Below, piece after piece: positions 40,770 to 54,420 of a DNA stretch of 64,000 nucleotides. Both the position numbers and the translations under genes were made by a program. Origin of the DNA: Octopus vulgaris (taxonomy: Eukaryota). Location: positions 38,564,001-38,628,000 of the forward strand of contig OX597826.1 of NCBI GenBank assembly GCA_951406725.2. The letters run 5' to 3'. The notes under the pieces were generated by a model. That model was given only the letters and a program-made list of their open reading frames with translations. It was not told where the DNA came from and searched no databases. How positions within the stretch are numbered: the stretch's first letter is position 1; every line of letters begins with the position of its first letter.

Positions 40770-41225
40770 ACTCTACTTGTGAAGACCTGTTGAGGCAAGT
40801 GAGAATTGGAATCGAAATCGATCAACATCAATGGAAATTGCAGCTGTGATACCAGTGCCAGTGGCATGTAAGAGAACCATCCGAACGTGGCCGTTGCCAG
40901 TGCCGCCCTGACTAGCCTTGTGCCGATGGCACGTAAAAGGCACCATCCATTCGTGGCCATTGCCAGCCTCGCCTGGCCCCCGTGCTGGTGGCACGTAAAA
41001 AGTACCATCCGATCATGGCAGTTTGCCAGCCTCGTCTGGCACCTGTGCCGGTGGCACGTAAAAAGCACCCACAACACTCACGGAGTGGTTGGCGTTAGGA
41101 AGGGCATCCAGCCGTAGAAACATTGCCAGATCAGACTGGGCCTGGTGCAGCCTTCTGGCTTCCCAGACCCCAGTTGAACCGTCCAACCCATCCTAGCATG
41201 GAAAGCGGACGCTAAACGATGATGG
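40770..41225 (+). mobile_element. RTE 3'UTR/tail element with internal tandem subrepeats
   Basis: Four (g)gtggcacgtaaaa(a)gcacc subunits, then ggagtggttggcgttaggaagggcatccagc...ggacgctaaacgatgatg. Related copies at 30095-30300(+), 14066-14260(+), 11240-11530(-) and 45470-45770(-). Confidence 0.75.
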
Positions 41226-42647
41226 ACAGAAGTTATAAATGAATACACTGCATAAATAGCTGCAATAATAAAAATCTGTGTAGATGTATTATTCCTGCTT
41301 GGATCTATTATCTCTATCTATTCACTTAAACAGCCATAGGTTATTCCATACCATTTGATGTGGTTAGCCAGAACTTGGATTATACTAAAGTTCTTAAACA
41401 GTACCTGCTTGGATCTATTATCTCTATCTATTCACTATATATATATTGGATGGAACTGGATTGCTTGTGTTCAGTCCACAGCAGGATGAAGGCTCCAGCA
41501 TGTTCTTTTCACCAGCCACAGTCCAATGTGGAGGCTATTAATTTGAGCTTGAGATCATATTGGTCTGATGAGCCAACTCTGCCACACTGGCTTGACATGT
41601 CTTGGCAGAGGGGTGCAGTTCTTTTTCATACTTTTAGACAGGAATAGTGATGTTGATTGCAATTACCCCAGTGTACAACTGGTATTTATTTTATTGATCC
41701 CAAAAGAACGAAGGACAAAGTCGGCCTCAGGGGAATTTGAACTCAAAATGTAAGGATGGACAAAATACTGCATTTTCCCCACTGTAGTAACAACTCTGCT
41801 AGCTAACTTTATATATATATGCTAGGAGTGCACACCTTCTAAAGAAAAAAATTAAAATAAAATATATATACAATATATATACAAGAGCACGTAAAAATAT
41901 ATCAAACTATAACAATATACAAAATATAGAAGGTTGATAAAGAAAGAAGTCCAAATACAGTGAGTAAAAAATAACGTTTATATCATCTCTTACTATTGCT
42001 TTGGAGAGGAGGACTGAAATTATAAAATATACTCCGTAGTGTTGACAGGTATCAAGTACCTATAATATTAATTACAAACATCAGTGATTCTAAATGTCAG
42101 GAAAAAAGAGGAGACAGCCATGACAGAAATGACTTTGATCATAGGTTTGCATAATCAAGACTGACCTTGGTCTAAGGAACAACAAGTACCACAACCAGTA
42201 CCATCACTATCATTTCACTGTCATTATCGTTACTTCAACATTTTGAGAAAATAAATTATAACAACCTCTTTCCAAAACAGTAACAACAGGAATTATTTTT
42301 TACAAATCAACAAGAGAATTAGTTATGCCGTGGGTTGACCTGCAAGAAACAGTGCAAATTCTCTCTCAAAACACACCTTACTGTCTTTAAAAAAAAAGGG
42401 TACATATAAAGGTTTAATCCAAGATGCCTCTAAAAAGAGAAGATGGTCACAGCAATAGCATCTTCAATCATGGGTCTGTTCAATAAGGGCTGACCTGGAG
42501 ATAAATAACAACAGATAATTCAAGAATAAAGAGGTAGAAATGGAAGACATCTTAGAATAAAACAACACCAAAATAACTCAAGAAATAAATGACTGAAACA
42601 ACTCCCCACCAAACAAGCAAACAAATAAATCCTTAAAGCAGTCTTAC

Positions 42648-42778
42648 CTTGTGGTGGTCAGCAGTTTTTGAAATATCATGGAGAAAGAGTAGAAGTGACT
42701 GTAAGACTTCTCGGTTTTCATCAGGCATTAGAATTATGGTCGCATTCACTGCTTCCAACCAATGTTCTTTGGGAAAAT
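42648..42778 (-). CDS. STARD13: DLC-family RhoGAP exon
   Basis: ctaatctag| ... AAG|GTAAGA. Translates HFPKEHWLEAVNATIILMPDENREVLQSLLLFLHDISKTADHHK, phase 1 to 0. Confidence 0.95.
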
Positions 42779-43499
42779 CTAGATTAGAAAAGGTTGGAGG
42801 GACAGTTGATTTATTATTGAACAATTTTTAATTACAACTAACATGCACCTATTCGATGAAATACATGCTCATCAAATAGACGTGTGTATTGTGTGAATGT
42901 AGCATCTTTAGAGCTAAATGCCATTAAATGCTGCATATCAGTTTAGTGGTTCATTGTACTTTCAACTTTTTAATAATGTGTGCTTCAGACACATATCTGC
43001 AGGTTAACTGCTTCTTTATTCTCCACTTAGTTCTAAGTTGATATTTTTTCACTACATGATAGCTGTGCTAGGTGGAGTCGGTGTAATGTTTCAGAACACT
43101 GTAATAAAGATGTCTCAGTTGATGCAATACATGTAGCTGCACATAGACACACACAAACAACAGCAGCAGCCGCTGCCACCATCACCACCAACAACAACAA
43201 CACAACCACCATTATTATTTAATGCTCATTTTGATACTGACACGGGGTTGGCATTTTGACATGGTCTCCATGGCTGCTTTTATCAGGGCACTAGCACTAA
43301 TGAGGTTGCTTGGTAACTTAGTTTGACAGAGAGAGGCATTTTTATGCTAATAATCAAGAGGCTAAAACATGAAAGAAAAGACAGGAACATTTTTACATGG
43401 CATTGGCATAGGTGCTTTTATGTGACACTAGCACCCACAAGACTAGTTGAAAGAGGGACGTAAAGGACATACCTAAAAGAGGGATGTAAAGGACATGCC

Positions 43500-44395
43500 T
43501 GTATGTATGGATGGCCATGATTTTACCTAGCTTGACAAGTACAGCAAACTGCCAGAAGTCTTGGTCCCTTGTCATCTCCTTAGTGAGGTCCAGTGGCTGA
43601 AGATCCTTTCTCACCACTTTGTCTCATGTCTTCCTGGGTCTATCTCTTCCATATGTTCTCATCACAATTAGAGATTGGCACTTCTTGATGCAGCTGTCCT
43701 CGTCCATATGCATCGCATGATCATACCAGTGCAGTCTTCTCTCTCACACACTAAAACTGATGCCTTATATACCAAAATTGTTTTCTCAAATCACACATGC
43801 ACACTGACATTACCATCCAGCATAATATTCTGGCTTCATTTCTTTCAAACCTTTGCATATTCTCAGTAGTCACAGCCCATGTCTTATTGCCATGTAGCAC
43901 AGCTATTCATACACAGGCTTCATACAATCTGCCTTTCATTCTGAAGGAAATGCCCTTTGTTACTAACAGAGATAGTAACTCTCTGAACTTTTCCCAGCCC
44001 GTTCTTATTCTAATCACTATGCCTTCAGAACTATCTCCTCTACTGCTAACTTGGTTGCTTAAGTAATGGAAACTATCAGTTACTTCTAAGGATCCCACCA
44101 AACATTTGAGGGAGTCAATTTTCTGTATGTTCCTAGTGTTTAATGTACCTGCACTTCTGCCACACACAATGACTACTTCCTCTGTTAACCTTCCGATGAT
44201 ACCACTGCACTTCTTATGTGTCCATATCTAGCACTGGGTACACCTTATGGAGTTTCCACCAATACCTTTTCAACATACAGAGCAGGGCCATCTCCCTGAA
44301 GGGACCAGTGATTTGTCTGTTTTCCTACTTACTAGGATTTTGGTCTTTTTTAAATCAACTCTAAGGCCCTGTGATTCTAGACCTTGCTTCTGCCA
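43500..44395 (-). mobile_element. RTE-clade LINE fragment
   Basis: DSFHYL...RIRTGWEKFRELLSLLVTKGISFRMKGRLYEACV, same family as 57907-59350. Confidence 0.75.
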
Positions 44396-44529
44396 CTTGG
44401 TTTGTTATTTTTACTTCATCTCATCCCATCTTCTTCATCCATTTAATCCCGACAGGGTCAAGGGAGCAGAGTCCACAAACATGCATTCCATTGTGTATAA
44501 GTTTTCATGTATATATAAGTCTGTCTACA

Positions 44530-44902
44530 TCTCTCTCCATATAAACGGCAGTTTGTCTGTGTGTGTTTCTGTGTGTCTGTTTGGTTGTACCCTCACTCTG
44601 ACCACGGCTTTCAACCGATTCTGATGAAACTTGACACACACATAGCCCAATGTCATAATTCAAAACTAACGCAGCGAAAATTTTGAAAAGTCCCCCAGTT
44701 CTGAAAAAGATCGATAAATTCGACATGGGGTCGACAATCAGAAACACAAACCACAGATGGTCTAGGGGACGCAACTCGACCTTTTTAACTATCAAAAAAA
44801 AATTTACCATAATTTTTTTGCTATTTTTTGGCTATAACTCTCTAAAAATGCTTTATAGTTATTTCCCTTACAAACCCGAGCAACGCCGGGCGATACTGCT
44901 AG
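44530..44902 (+). mobile_element. non-autonomous Helitron
   Basis: A|TC 5' end, subterminal hairpin CCCG-AGCAACGC-CGGG, 3' CTAG|T, no TSD. Confidence 0.75.
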
Positions 44903-45255
44903 TAAAACTATAATTGTATAACTTTGTGTGTGTGTGTGTGTATATATATATACTGAGTCTGCCAAGATGATTCAAAAACCCAACACCTAATAACATAATG
45001 GTACCCCTCTGATGAGATTTTGCCTAACATAATGATTTAATTCAAATAATTAGATATTTAATTTACTATATGAGTAAGGGAGAAAAAGGAAGAGGGGAAA
45101 ATATACTGATAGAAGGAAAAAGAGGAAGGAAAAGTGAGGTGATAGTGCAAAGGTAAGAAAAGAGAGAAATGAGGAAACGAGAGTAAAAAGAAAGGAGAAA
45201 GTGAAAGAAAGAGAGAAACATGAATGGCATGTAAGCTGTGTACATTGTTACTCAC

Positions 45256-45381
45256 GTGTAAAAACCCCAATAAATGTTTCTGATAGTTTATTAGTCAATA
45301 AACATTCTGGTAGTTCACGGAAATATTGCTTTGTGAGGTCAGCAACATCATAAGATTGCAAACTGGTAAAAGCAACCATCT
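45256..45381 (-). CDS. STARD13: DLC-family RhoGAP exon
   Basis: tacttttag| ... C|GTGAGT, 126 nt, phase 1 to 1. Translates EMVAFTSLQSYDVADLTKQYFRELPECLLTNKLSETFIGVFT (RhoGAP DVA..KQYFR.LPE motif). Not in the ORF track. Confidence 0.95.
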
Positions 45382-47216
45382 CTAAAAGTAAAAAATAAAA
45401 CAAAAAGGATATAGTTTAGATAGATTTTTGATATATATACACACACACACACATACATATCAATATCATCATCATTTAACATCTGTCTTCCATGCATGCA
45501 TGGGTAGGATGGTTGACAGGAGCTGGCCAGGTAGAAGACTACCCTAATCTACTGTATCTGTTTTGGCAGGATTTTTACAGCTGGATGCCTTTCCTAACAC
45601 CAACCACTCTGCAAAATGAACACAGTGCTTTTTATGTGGCACTAGCAAAGGTGGGGTCAGTTTTGGCATGACTTTTACAGCTGGATGCTTTTTACATGGC
45701 ACCAACACTGGAATAGTCACCAAGTAACTTGCAAGGCATGGAATTTTGAGAGGGGTGGGGACATTAGAGGAAGAGATCATCTGTCAGTTGATGAACGGTT
45801 AGAATGTGACAATGAAATGAAGAGGTAGAAACAAGAGTCTTGCTATAGAGGAGGTACAAGGTTACCAGGCAAGAAAGAGGTACAAGAAAGAGAACTGAAA
45901 CAGGTGTGCTGCTGTAGAGGAGATACATGGCTACCCAGCCAGAGGGAAGAGCAAGGGAAAGAGAGAGAGTGAGGGAAACAGCAAAAGTGCAAGAGAGAGA
46001 TGGTGGTGAAGTGCCAAATATTGTCAAGAAAGCACGAGTAGCGAATGGGGATTGCAGTGACTGGTGGAAACCTGAGTATAAAGACGGAGTGGGGAAAAGC
46101 AGCAATAGAGTGAACAAGACAATGAGGAGAGGGAAGAAGAGTGGGAGACAATCACAGTGTATGAAGAGGAAACGCAACTAAGAGATACTTGCAGTTTAGA
46201 AGAGGAGATGTAGTTTGGTTTCTTGGGGTAGGGTGTGTGAAAAGTTTATTGTTACATGTGGATGGGACACAGCTCTTATAGCACTCAGTTTTGCTGACAT
46301 GGGTGGGTCTTCTATAGAACCTCATGTCGCCTAACATCCTGGTCCATTGTCATTTCCTCTTTGAGCCCTAACTTTCTGATATTGGTCCTCACCGCTTCAT
46401 TCCATGTCTTTCTGGGTCTCCCTCTTTCACAGATACCATCCACTTTCAGTGACAGTCACATCGGTATACAGCTGTCTTTACTCATACACATTACATGTGT
46501 ATATATGTGTGTGTATATATATGAAGGTAGTGCGCCAAACTGCCTAAGTCATGATGGCTAAAAGAAACTAATAAATGGATCACTCTGCTATCTGTGGAAA
46601 CATCACAGTAAACAACTAAAGTTGTACATGCATATCTTGCAATCTGATCCCACTAAACATTTGAGACCTGACTCAAGGATTATTGTTATGTATAGTGCAG
46701 CAGCCCTTTAGTACAAACACTCGAATCTTAAAGTTGGATTGATCTCAGATCTTAGATCCAAGAGAGAACTTGTAATAAATTTTATGCATTTATGAATAGC
46801 AAACCATTTTCATGTGCTTTGGATTTCTAAATTATAGGATGGGACTGAATTATGCTTTGATAGAAATTCCTTGTTTAAAAGAAAAACTCCAGCATGCCCA
46901 GAACCACTAAGTCAGTCATGCTAACATATTCTATCTCCTTTTGTTTCAAGTCAATGACAGAACACTTTGTGGTCACTTGATTTTCTTGAAATAGCTTGTG
47001 GTCACATCTTCTAAAAAATCTCCCTTACATTCCAGCTTGCTATCTTACAAAAATATGTGGATAATATAGTCCTCTTTCCACAGTGTCTGGGTAAAAAATA
47101 GGATATTCATGACTGGAATATTTATGATCATGGGTCTCCTTGATCAGATTTCACCTGGAGCTAAAAAGCAACAATAAACTAAACAATTTCTGAAGGATAG
47201 AAAAACAGATTATTAC

Positions 47217-47638
47217 CGGTATTAAGTTCAATTTGCTCTCGGATGTTCTGTATTCTTGATTTAACACCAGATCTACGGAAAATTCCATCAGCATCTTTTG
47301 CAGTACTCCTAAGATATTTCATGGCATACAATATACACTGAGGAACTGGCTGGCCAGATCTGCGCAGTGTTTCAATTAGAGGGACCCCAAAAACTTTCTT
47401 GTCTTTGTAGTCAGGTTCTTTGACTTTTTTGATAAAACGTGATACAGTCCAATTCCATCCAGACCGGTTTGCTGGTGAGAATTTCTCCATGAGGGTTGTT
47501 ATTGTTAACATGCACACACTTTGAAGTTTATGGATTTGTCTGACAGACAGTGTACAAATCTGTGCGGATTTGCTGCTGAAACTTGGTCGGTGGCTTTTCT
47601 GGAAGCTATACCAGCGAATTCTGTTATGTTTCTTTAAA
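47217..47638 (-). CDS. STARD13: DLC-family exon, start of RhoGAP domain
   Basis: ttttaatttcag| acceptor, G|GTAATA donor. Translates RIRWYSFQKSHRPS...PDYKDKKVFGVPL...GQPVPQCI...GIFRRSGVKSRIQ, with the arginine finger intact. Confidence 0.95.
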
Positions 47639-48443
47639 CTGAAATTAAAACAAAGACAAAGAATTAAATGTTTTAGTATTATTACAAAATGGTTATAGAG
47701 ATGAAGATTATATGGTGAATATAGTTGAAAAGAAACAGAGACTTTCCTCCTCAGTTAAGTTCTCATTAATTTTTCAACTTTCACATAAATGTGAGCTCAG
47801 AAAGGGTAGAGCTACTTCTTAGCAAATTTGTACACAATTTAGTGTGTAAGAGTAGCAAATATGGCCCTGGTGAATGAGCCAACACTTAACATACCTGCAA
47901 ACTGGAAAATAACAGGTGATAACAACTGCCTTTGAGGGTTAAGGCAATCTTGGATTTGTAGTTTTTGATATTATATTTTTACGTGATTCAATTTATACCA
48001 TTACTGTGCTATACTCTGTCTTTTGTACTTCAACATTTTTGGATTCTTATAGCTAATAAGGAAATTTTTTATAATTATCAACCACAAAATATGAAAATGA
48101 TCTCAGTTGCAAAATAAGTGAAACTACAAGGACAATATCAGAAATAGCATAAAAGCGTGGCTGTGTGGTAAGAAGTTTGCTTCCCAACCACATGTTCCAT
48201 CGTTCCATGTTCAGTTCCACTGCATGGCACTTTGGTCAAATGTGTTCAGCTACAGCTTCAGGCTGATCAATGCTTTATGAGTAGATCTGGTAGGTGGAAA
48301 CTGAAAGAAGCCTGTCATACAGCTACAATTGTTCCCCAGGTTCCAAGCAGAAGAAACATGCCATCATTGAATTCTTGATGTAGGAAGAGTGCAGGCTGTC
48401 TGACACTCACAGAAAGCAACGTGCACCAATAGATAAAGTTTAA

Positions 48444-48658
48444 CCCTTAAGCATTCACAGTATTCTGTTAAAATTGATGCTTATTTATTCACATTGTTTT
48501 GAATTAAACATTAATTTGTGCTTTGAGATTTTGATGAGGTAACTGTTTATTTTTAGAATGATAACATAGGATTGATACAAGTGGCCAGTTCTCGCCAGTT
48601 TGAACATAAAACAAGTAGAATATTTTGGCTGGATATGGCTGGTTTAAATGTAAAAGAG
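48444..48658. mobile_element. piggyBac-type MITE
   Basis: TTAA|CCCTTAAGCATT ... AATGTAAAAGAG|TTAA, that is TTAA target sites with degenerate CCCTT-type TIRs. Confidence 0.5.
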
Positions 48659-48729
48659 TTAAAGAAGAAACTTGCATTGAGGACAAACCACATAGTAGGA
48701 AACCAGAAACTGTGACCATTGACATGATT

Positions 48730-49590
48730 TATTACCTTTCTCTCCTTCAAATAAGACGTCAATTGCCAAAGTAGCCACTTTGCACACACTCTGACATCCA
48801 AACGTTTCAGCCATCTTCTAAAATGCATTGTCACCTCTGTCCAGTTGTTAAGCAAGCTTATGGATTGCGACAATGCATTTTAGAAGATGGCAGAAAACTT
48901 TGCTTAGCAGTTAACACCCAATTTGATGGATAGGTGGAAATTTGCTCTGATCTGCTGGAAGCATTTGAAATGAATAAAAACATTCTTTTCCCAATCTGGT
49001 GATTGGGGATGAAAAACAGGCATATCTTTATAATCCAGGTGAATAAGTATGATACCATTCCATGAACTGAGCCTTCGTTCATCATCATCGTATAATGTCT
49101 GTTTTCCATGCTGGCATGGGTTGGACGGTTTGCCAGTCCCCTGTCAAAACGTCCAACCCATGTCATCAAGGAAAATGGACATTAAACGATGATAATGATG
49201 GTGATGAACAATGGCTCAGTTCATGGAACTGATATTATACTTACTTGCCAAAGCCTAAAAGAGCCAGAATTTGGCACAGAAAACCATGACAACTGTTTGG
49301 GATATAAGAAAGGCATCAGTTACCTTGATTTTATGGAATATGAATTTACTATGAACTATGAGCAGTACCTTAAGGTACTCAGAAAGATTACAGAAGCCAT
49401 TAAGAAGTGATTGGACAAGAATCTAAAAATGATCCCCATTCACCATGACAATGCACAACCACACACATCTTTAGCAACAAATCAGGCAATCAGCAAATTA
49501 TGTTGCTCAGTGCCCCATCCCCATCCCATCTATTGTATACCATGGCTCTAGAGTCTTCCAACTTTCACCTGTTCAATTCAATGAATTTTA
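48730..49590 (+). mobile_element. rearranged mariner remnant
   Basis: LVIGDEKQAYLYNP, HHDNAQPH and SSNFHLF on the plus strand. VCAKWLLWQLT (WVPRQLT-like) on the minus strand. Confidence 0.6.
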
Positions 49591-50784
49591 AATACTATTG
49601 GAACTTACTCACAAGGTATTGGAATCTTATATCTATACCATTCTGCCTAAATTATGGATCTACAGATGCAATATCCCTGCATACCTTACATCTATTTTCA
49701 TTCCTCCACGTCACTCTCTATTTCATATCTTATCTAAATTAACTATTGCTTAACCATTTTCTGAAACCATCTCCAAAATATTCCGGAAACAGCCGTAAGA
49801 CCTATTTATAAATATTCTAAAATCTTTCATAGCCTTGGTTTTTTATTTTTTATCTCATTCTGAAAATTTTATATATATATATATATATATACATACACAT
49901 ATAAAATAATAATCAAAGACATTACCACCCCATCTTTTTAGGGGTATGTAGGACTATGTGATCTAATATGTCCCTTCTTTAAGGTGATAGGATATGCTTT
50001 TAGGAAGACTTAGCCACAATTTTTGCTAGGCCAAATAGTAATGTGGAGGTTCTCTTGCTGGCTTGGCTCCCTCATGTACTGTACATTAAGGTGAAGAATC
50101 TTCTTTTTACTATGTGTCTACTGGAGCACATTTCTCAAGTTTAAAGTAAAATACTAAGTCAGAAGAAATCAGTGATGGGCCGAGTTGGCAAAAATGATAA
50201 TAACGTTTGGTTATAGTGTTAGCCAGTTGAGAGAAAGGCAGAAAATAATCATCAAATTGGTTGAGTTGGCCTGAAAGTTTGCAAAAGAGTGAACTCTGTT
50301 AAAGACATTTAAGGGCCAGGTAGTAATGCTAAAGAAGACAATGCATTAAATATGCCACTCAAGAACAGGAATAAAACCTCCACTGCTTTTTCACTAGTTT
50401 CCATTTACTAATTTCACACACAAGTAAAAACAAGAAAGGTGTGTGTGAGAGAGAGCGCAGGAGAGAGAGAGAGTGTGTGTGTGTGTGTGTGTGTTATACA
50501 AAATAACAAAAGTCTTTCATTAGATGACTCTTTCTTATAAGAAGCCCATTCTTGAAATAAAATTATCAGTTCTTCACAGCATACAACCTTTGCAACATTT
50601 TGTAAATTTTGTAGTTAATTCTATCTCAGTATTTTTATGCATATAAATAAGATGGAATTCTCATTACTGAAACACCTATCATCATAAGCCTGTTAAATCA
50701 GAGTTGGTCTGAAAAAAATTACAATAAAAGACAATGAAGGAAGACAAGGATGTCAGCAACAATAACAACAATTTTTTGACATAC

Positions 50785-51055
50785 CTAGATGGCCTAGTCA
50801 ATGAAGAACCAACTCCTGAATCAAGCCTTTCTCTGGACATGACAGGTTCACTCTCCACATCACTGTCACTTGAACTTGTCAACTCAGTACTCATAACTTT
50901 GGAACTTTCTTTAGCATCACTTTCTACAGTCATCACATTTGGTTTATCTTCTAGAAGTAGCTGGTTATCAATTTCTGCTTGTTCATTTTCTACAGTGCCT
51001 TCAAGATTGTCTAGGCTCTTCAAATCTTTTAATAAAGAGATTTCTGTTTCCAAAT
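50785..51055 (-). CDS. STARD13: DLC-family RhoGAP-START exon (acidic linker, RERLDSGVGSSLTRP)
   Basis: Acceptor cacag| at 51056, donor AG|GTATGT at 50784, phases 1 to 2 match neighbours. The motif matches DLC RERRDSGVGASLTR. Confidence 0.92.
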
Positions 51056-51659
51056 CTGTGTGATGAGAGAAATTGAGAGAGGAAAAAATACAAACAAAGG
51101 AAAACTAAAACAAAGCAAATGCAAAAATATATGAAGGAACCAATTTTGCTCATCTGAATAAATTTTATATGGAAAAATTCAATTGAAATACAAAGAAATA
51201 TTACAAAATATAAAAAAAGGAGAAAGGTACTATTCATTTTTTTGTGTGTATTAGTTAAATATCATTGTTACTCTTCCTTAGGAGGGTTATTTTTTATCAA
51301 TAAAAAACACATATTGGTAATATTCTACTGCTTTTTATTACCATCTGTCAACTAGTTTTAACTAATTGTTTCAGTGTCCTTTAACCACAGTCTGTCACCT
51401 TATCAATGACATGTCCTCATTTACTAGTTGTGTCACAAACTCAATTCTCTGTGTTTTCCCCAGAGTTTCTGAATGTAAAATGCTTGCTCAGATGGTTTAT
51501 AAGAAGTGGAGTTGCTACAATCACATGGATTATGAAAATTCAAATGGATAGACATACATGCTGAATCCTCAGCCATAAATGGTAAGTGAGCACAAACCTT
51601 TTGTTTCCTTTGCTTTGTCAACTCATACCCCATAACTATGGAATAATTGCAAAACAATC

Positions 51660-53830
51660 CTGGCTAGACACAACTGCTGACACACATTGAAAAAGATTTT
51701 ATCATTGACAGACAAAAATTCCTTCCACAGAACAACTATTTTAACTTCGATGGATCAGCATACCGACAAACATCAGGAACTTCAATGGGTATGAAGGAAG
51801 CCCCTACATATGCCAATTTAGTCTTGGGATTCCATGAACTATAGATTTACAATCAATCCCTTCTTCTATTCAGTGGCACATTTGATATACAACTTAAAAA
51901 TAATTGGAAAAGTACCTGGATGATTGCTTTACCTTATGGCAGGAAAACCTTGATACACTCAGGGAATTCAAAAATTTACTGAACTACCTAAACAACAAGA
52001 TCCAATTCACAATGGAGTTTAACCTCAAGGAACTTGCCTTTCTAGATATTTCAATCACAAACACTGATAGGAAAATAGAAACAGACATGTTCTATAAAAC
52101 CACAGACTCCAAGTAGTTCCTTCTATTCACATCAGGTCACCCAAAATATAAATTGAACATTCCCTTTAACCTAGCAAAGTAAATATGCACAATAATATCA
52201 GACCCATCTAAGTGTGAACAATGACTGGATGAACTGAAGAACATACTCATCCAAAGAGCATTCCCACTAGGTTTAATCACCAATGGAATAGACAGGGCAA
52301 AAGATATTGATATCCAGGAACTAAGGAAAACAAAAATCAAAATTAGGAAAAATATTTTACTATGTGTTAACCTTCAACCACAGAAACATCAAAATATTTG
52401 ACCACACCGACAACTTCCCAGTTCAATTTGAAGATGAAAAAATGAAACAATTCTAGAAACACACCAAATCATCAAAAGCAGAATGCAGCCCAAAACACCC
52501 AAAACACTGGAACAAAAACACACAAACAAATTTCACCTGAACTGTGACAAAATGTGGAAGAACAAATTGTGCACCTGCCCGTATCTTGAAGGACCAGAAT
52601 CCAAATTTAAAGGTGGACAAATCTTTTATGTAAAAGTAAACTTCACCTGCAACTCAGAAAATTTAATCTATGTGATTATATGTGGTGGATGCCTGCAAAA
52701 TTACATAGGACAGACAAGCGTTTCATTATGCAAAAGAATGATGACTCACTGCCAACAGATCTGAGATGAGAATATAAGGAAATTTCCCTTAAGGAGTCAC
52801 ATTGCAGATAGACTTAACCAACTTTAAAATCTTCCCTCTCTACAGTACTTAGACACTTCCAACCAACAACACAGAATAAATAAAGAAAAGCAATTCATTA
52901 ACAAATATAATCCACAATAATATGGAACATCAACCACTAATCAATAAATAAGGATCTATAGTTTACACACACACTCATTAAGAATTCTACTATTCAATCC
53001 AATAAAATTTTGACACAAAAATAATTTCTTCCCCAAAACAATATATTCTTAAAAACAAAACACACACATACATGCATGCATGCACACATACACACACACA
53101 AGACATATTCCCCTAAAACAAAACACACATACACACCACAAAAAACGAACATACACAAAGCAAAGGAAAAATAATTCCTTCCAACCCCTTCAATAAAATT
53201 GTTGATCATCCTTAAAATCCATTTAACACAACATATACACATAGCTGACCATATTCTCAATAGAAAAGGAATTTGTCATTTAATTCAATAAATTCTTGAC
53301 CCCTGCTGAAATCCATTTAACACAATATATACATGCAGCTGACCCTTTTTCTGAATCGAAAAAAATTTTCTAATGTTTTGACACAAAAATAATTCCTTTT
53401 CCAAAACAACAAATTCCAAAAAAACTAAGCACACATACATACACACCTGACTATGTCCTGAATAGAAATTTTCTATTCAATTCAAAAGGATTCTTTTTAA
53501 TTCAATAACATTCCTGAAACTTAACCCCTTGAACCGCATTTCAGATCCCTACACAAACAACATTTATAAGAAGAGATTCTAAGATAAAATTTCACACATG
53601 TTCTTAATTATGCACAAAATACGAGAACAAACAGTTTTTAATTTCCAATTTTTTTCTTGTTGCACAATTTCTGACTTTCAATTTTTAATATTTGATAAGA
53701 TGGACATACACATGGAAACCTGTAATATTCTATAAAAGCTACTCGATGTAACAAATATAAAACAATGTTTAAATATACTTTCATGCTGTTTCCACTTTTA
53801 CTTTTTAACTATATCTTTTAATTTGTATGG
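51660..53830 (+). mobile_element. Neptune-type Penelope-like remnant with 3' terminal repeat
   Basis: YRQTSGTSMG..APTYANL, YLDDCF, IQFTME..LAFLDI, FYKTTDS, CNSENLIYVIICGGCLQNYIGQT. A decayed hammerhead-like motif lies at about 53687-53729. Confidence 0.75.
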
Positions 53831-53904
53831 ATTCTTCACCCCTTTTCAACTATATATATTCCCAAAAGAAACAAAACATTTACACACTACAAAAAACAAA
53901 CACA

Positions 53905-54420
53905 TTTTATAGTCCACTCTACAGAGTGGTTGGTGCTAGGAAGGGCATCCAGCTGTAAAAACCATGCCAAAAGAGACACAGTAGCCTGGTGCAGTCTTCT
54001 ATCTGGCTGGCTCCTGTTAAACTGTCCAACTCATGCTAGCATGGAAGATGGATGTTAAACGATGATGATGATCATGAAGCTGTTGATCATCATCCTCATC
54101 ATCATCGTTTAACGTCCGTTCTCCATGCTAGCATGGGTTGGACAGTTCGACCGGGGATCTGGGAAGCCAGAAGGCTGCACCAGGCTCCAGTCTTATCTGG
54201 CAATGTTTCTACAGCTGGATGCCCTTCCTAACGCCAACCACTCCGTGAGTGTAGTGGGTGCTTTTTACGTGCCACCTGCACAGGTGCCAGGCGAGGCTGG
54301 CAACGGCCACGGTCAGATTGGTGTATTTTACGTGCCACCAGCACGGAAGCCAGTCGAGGTGGCGCTGGCATCGGCCACGAGTCGGATAGTGCTTTTTATG
54401 TACCACCAGACCAGGGATCC
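53905..54420. mobile_element. tail-to-tail pair of RTE 3' tails
   Basis: A plus copy at about 53905-54075 ends gttaaacgatgatgatg. A minus copy at about 54095-54420 begins catcatcgtttaacgtcc. Confidence 0.75.

Noticed and set aside
45009-45015. CTGATGA as a hammerhead core
   Set aside because: No downstream GAAA with matching stems.
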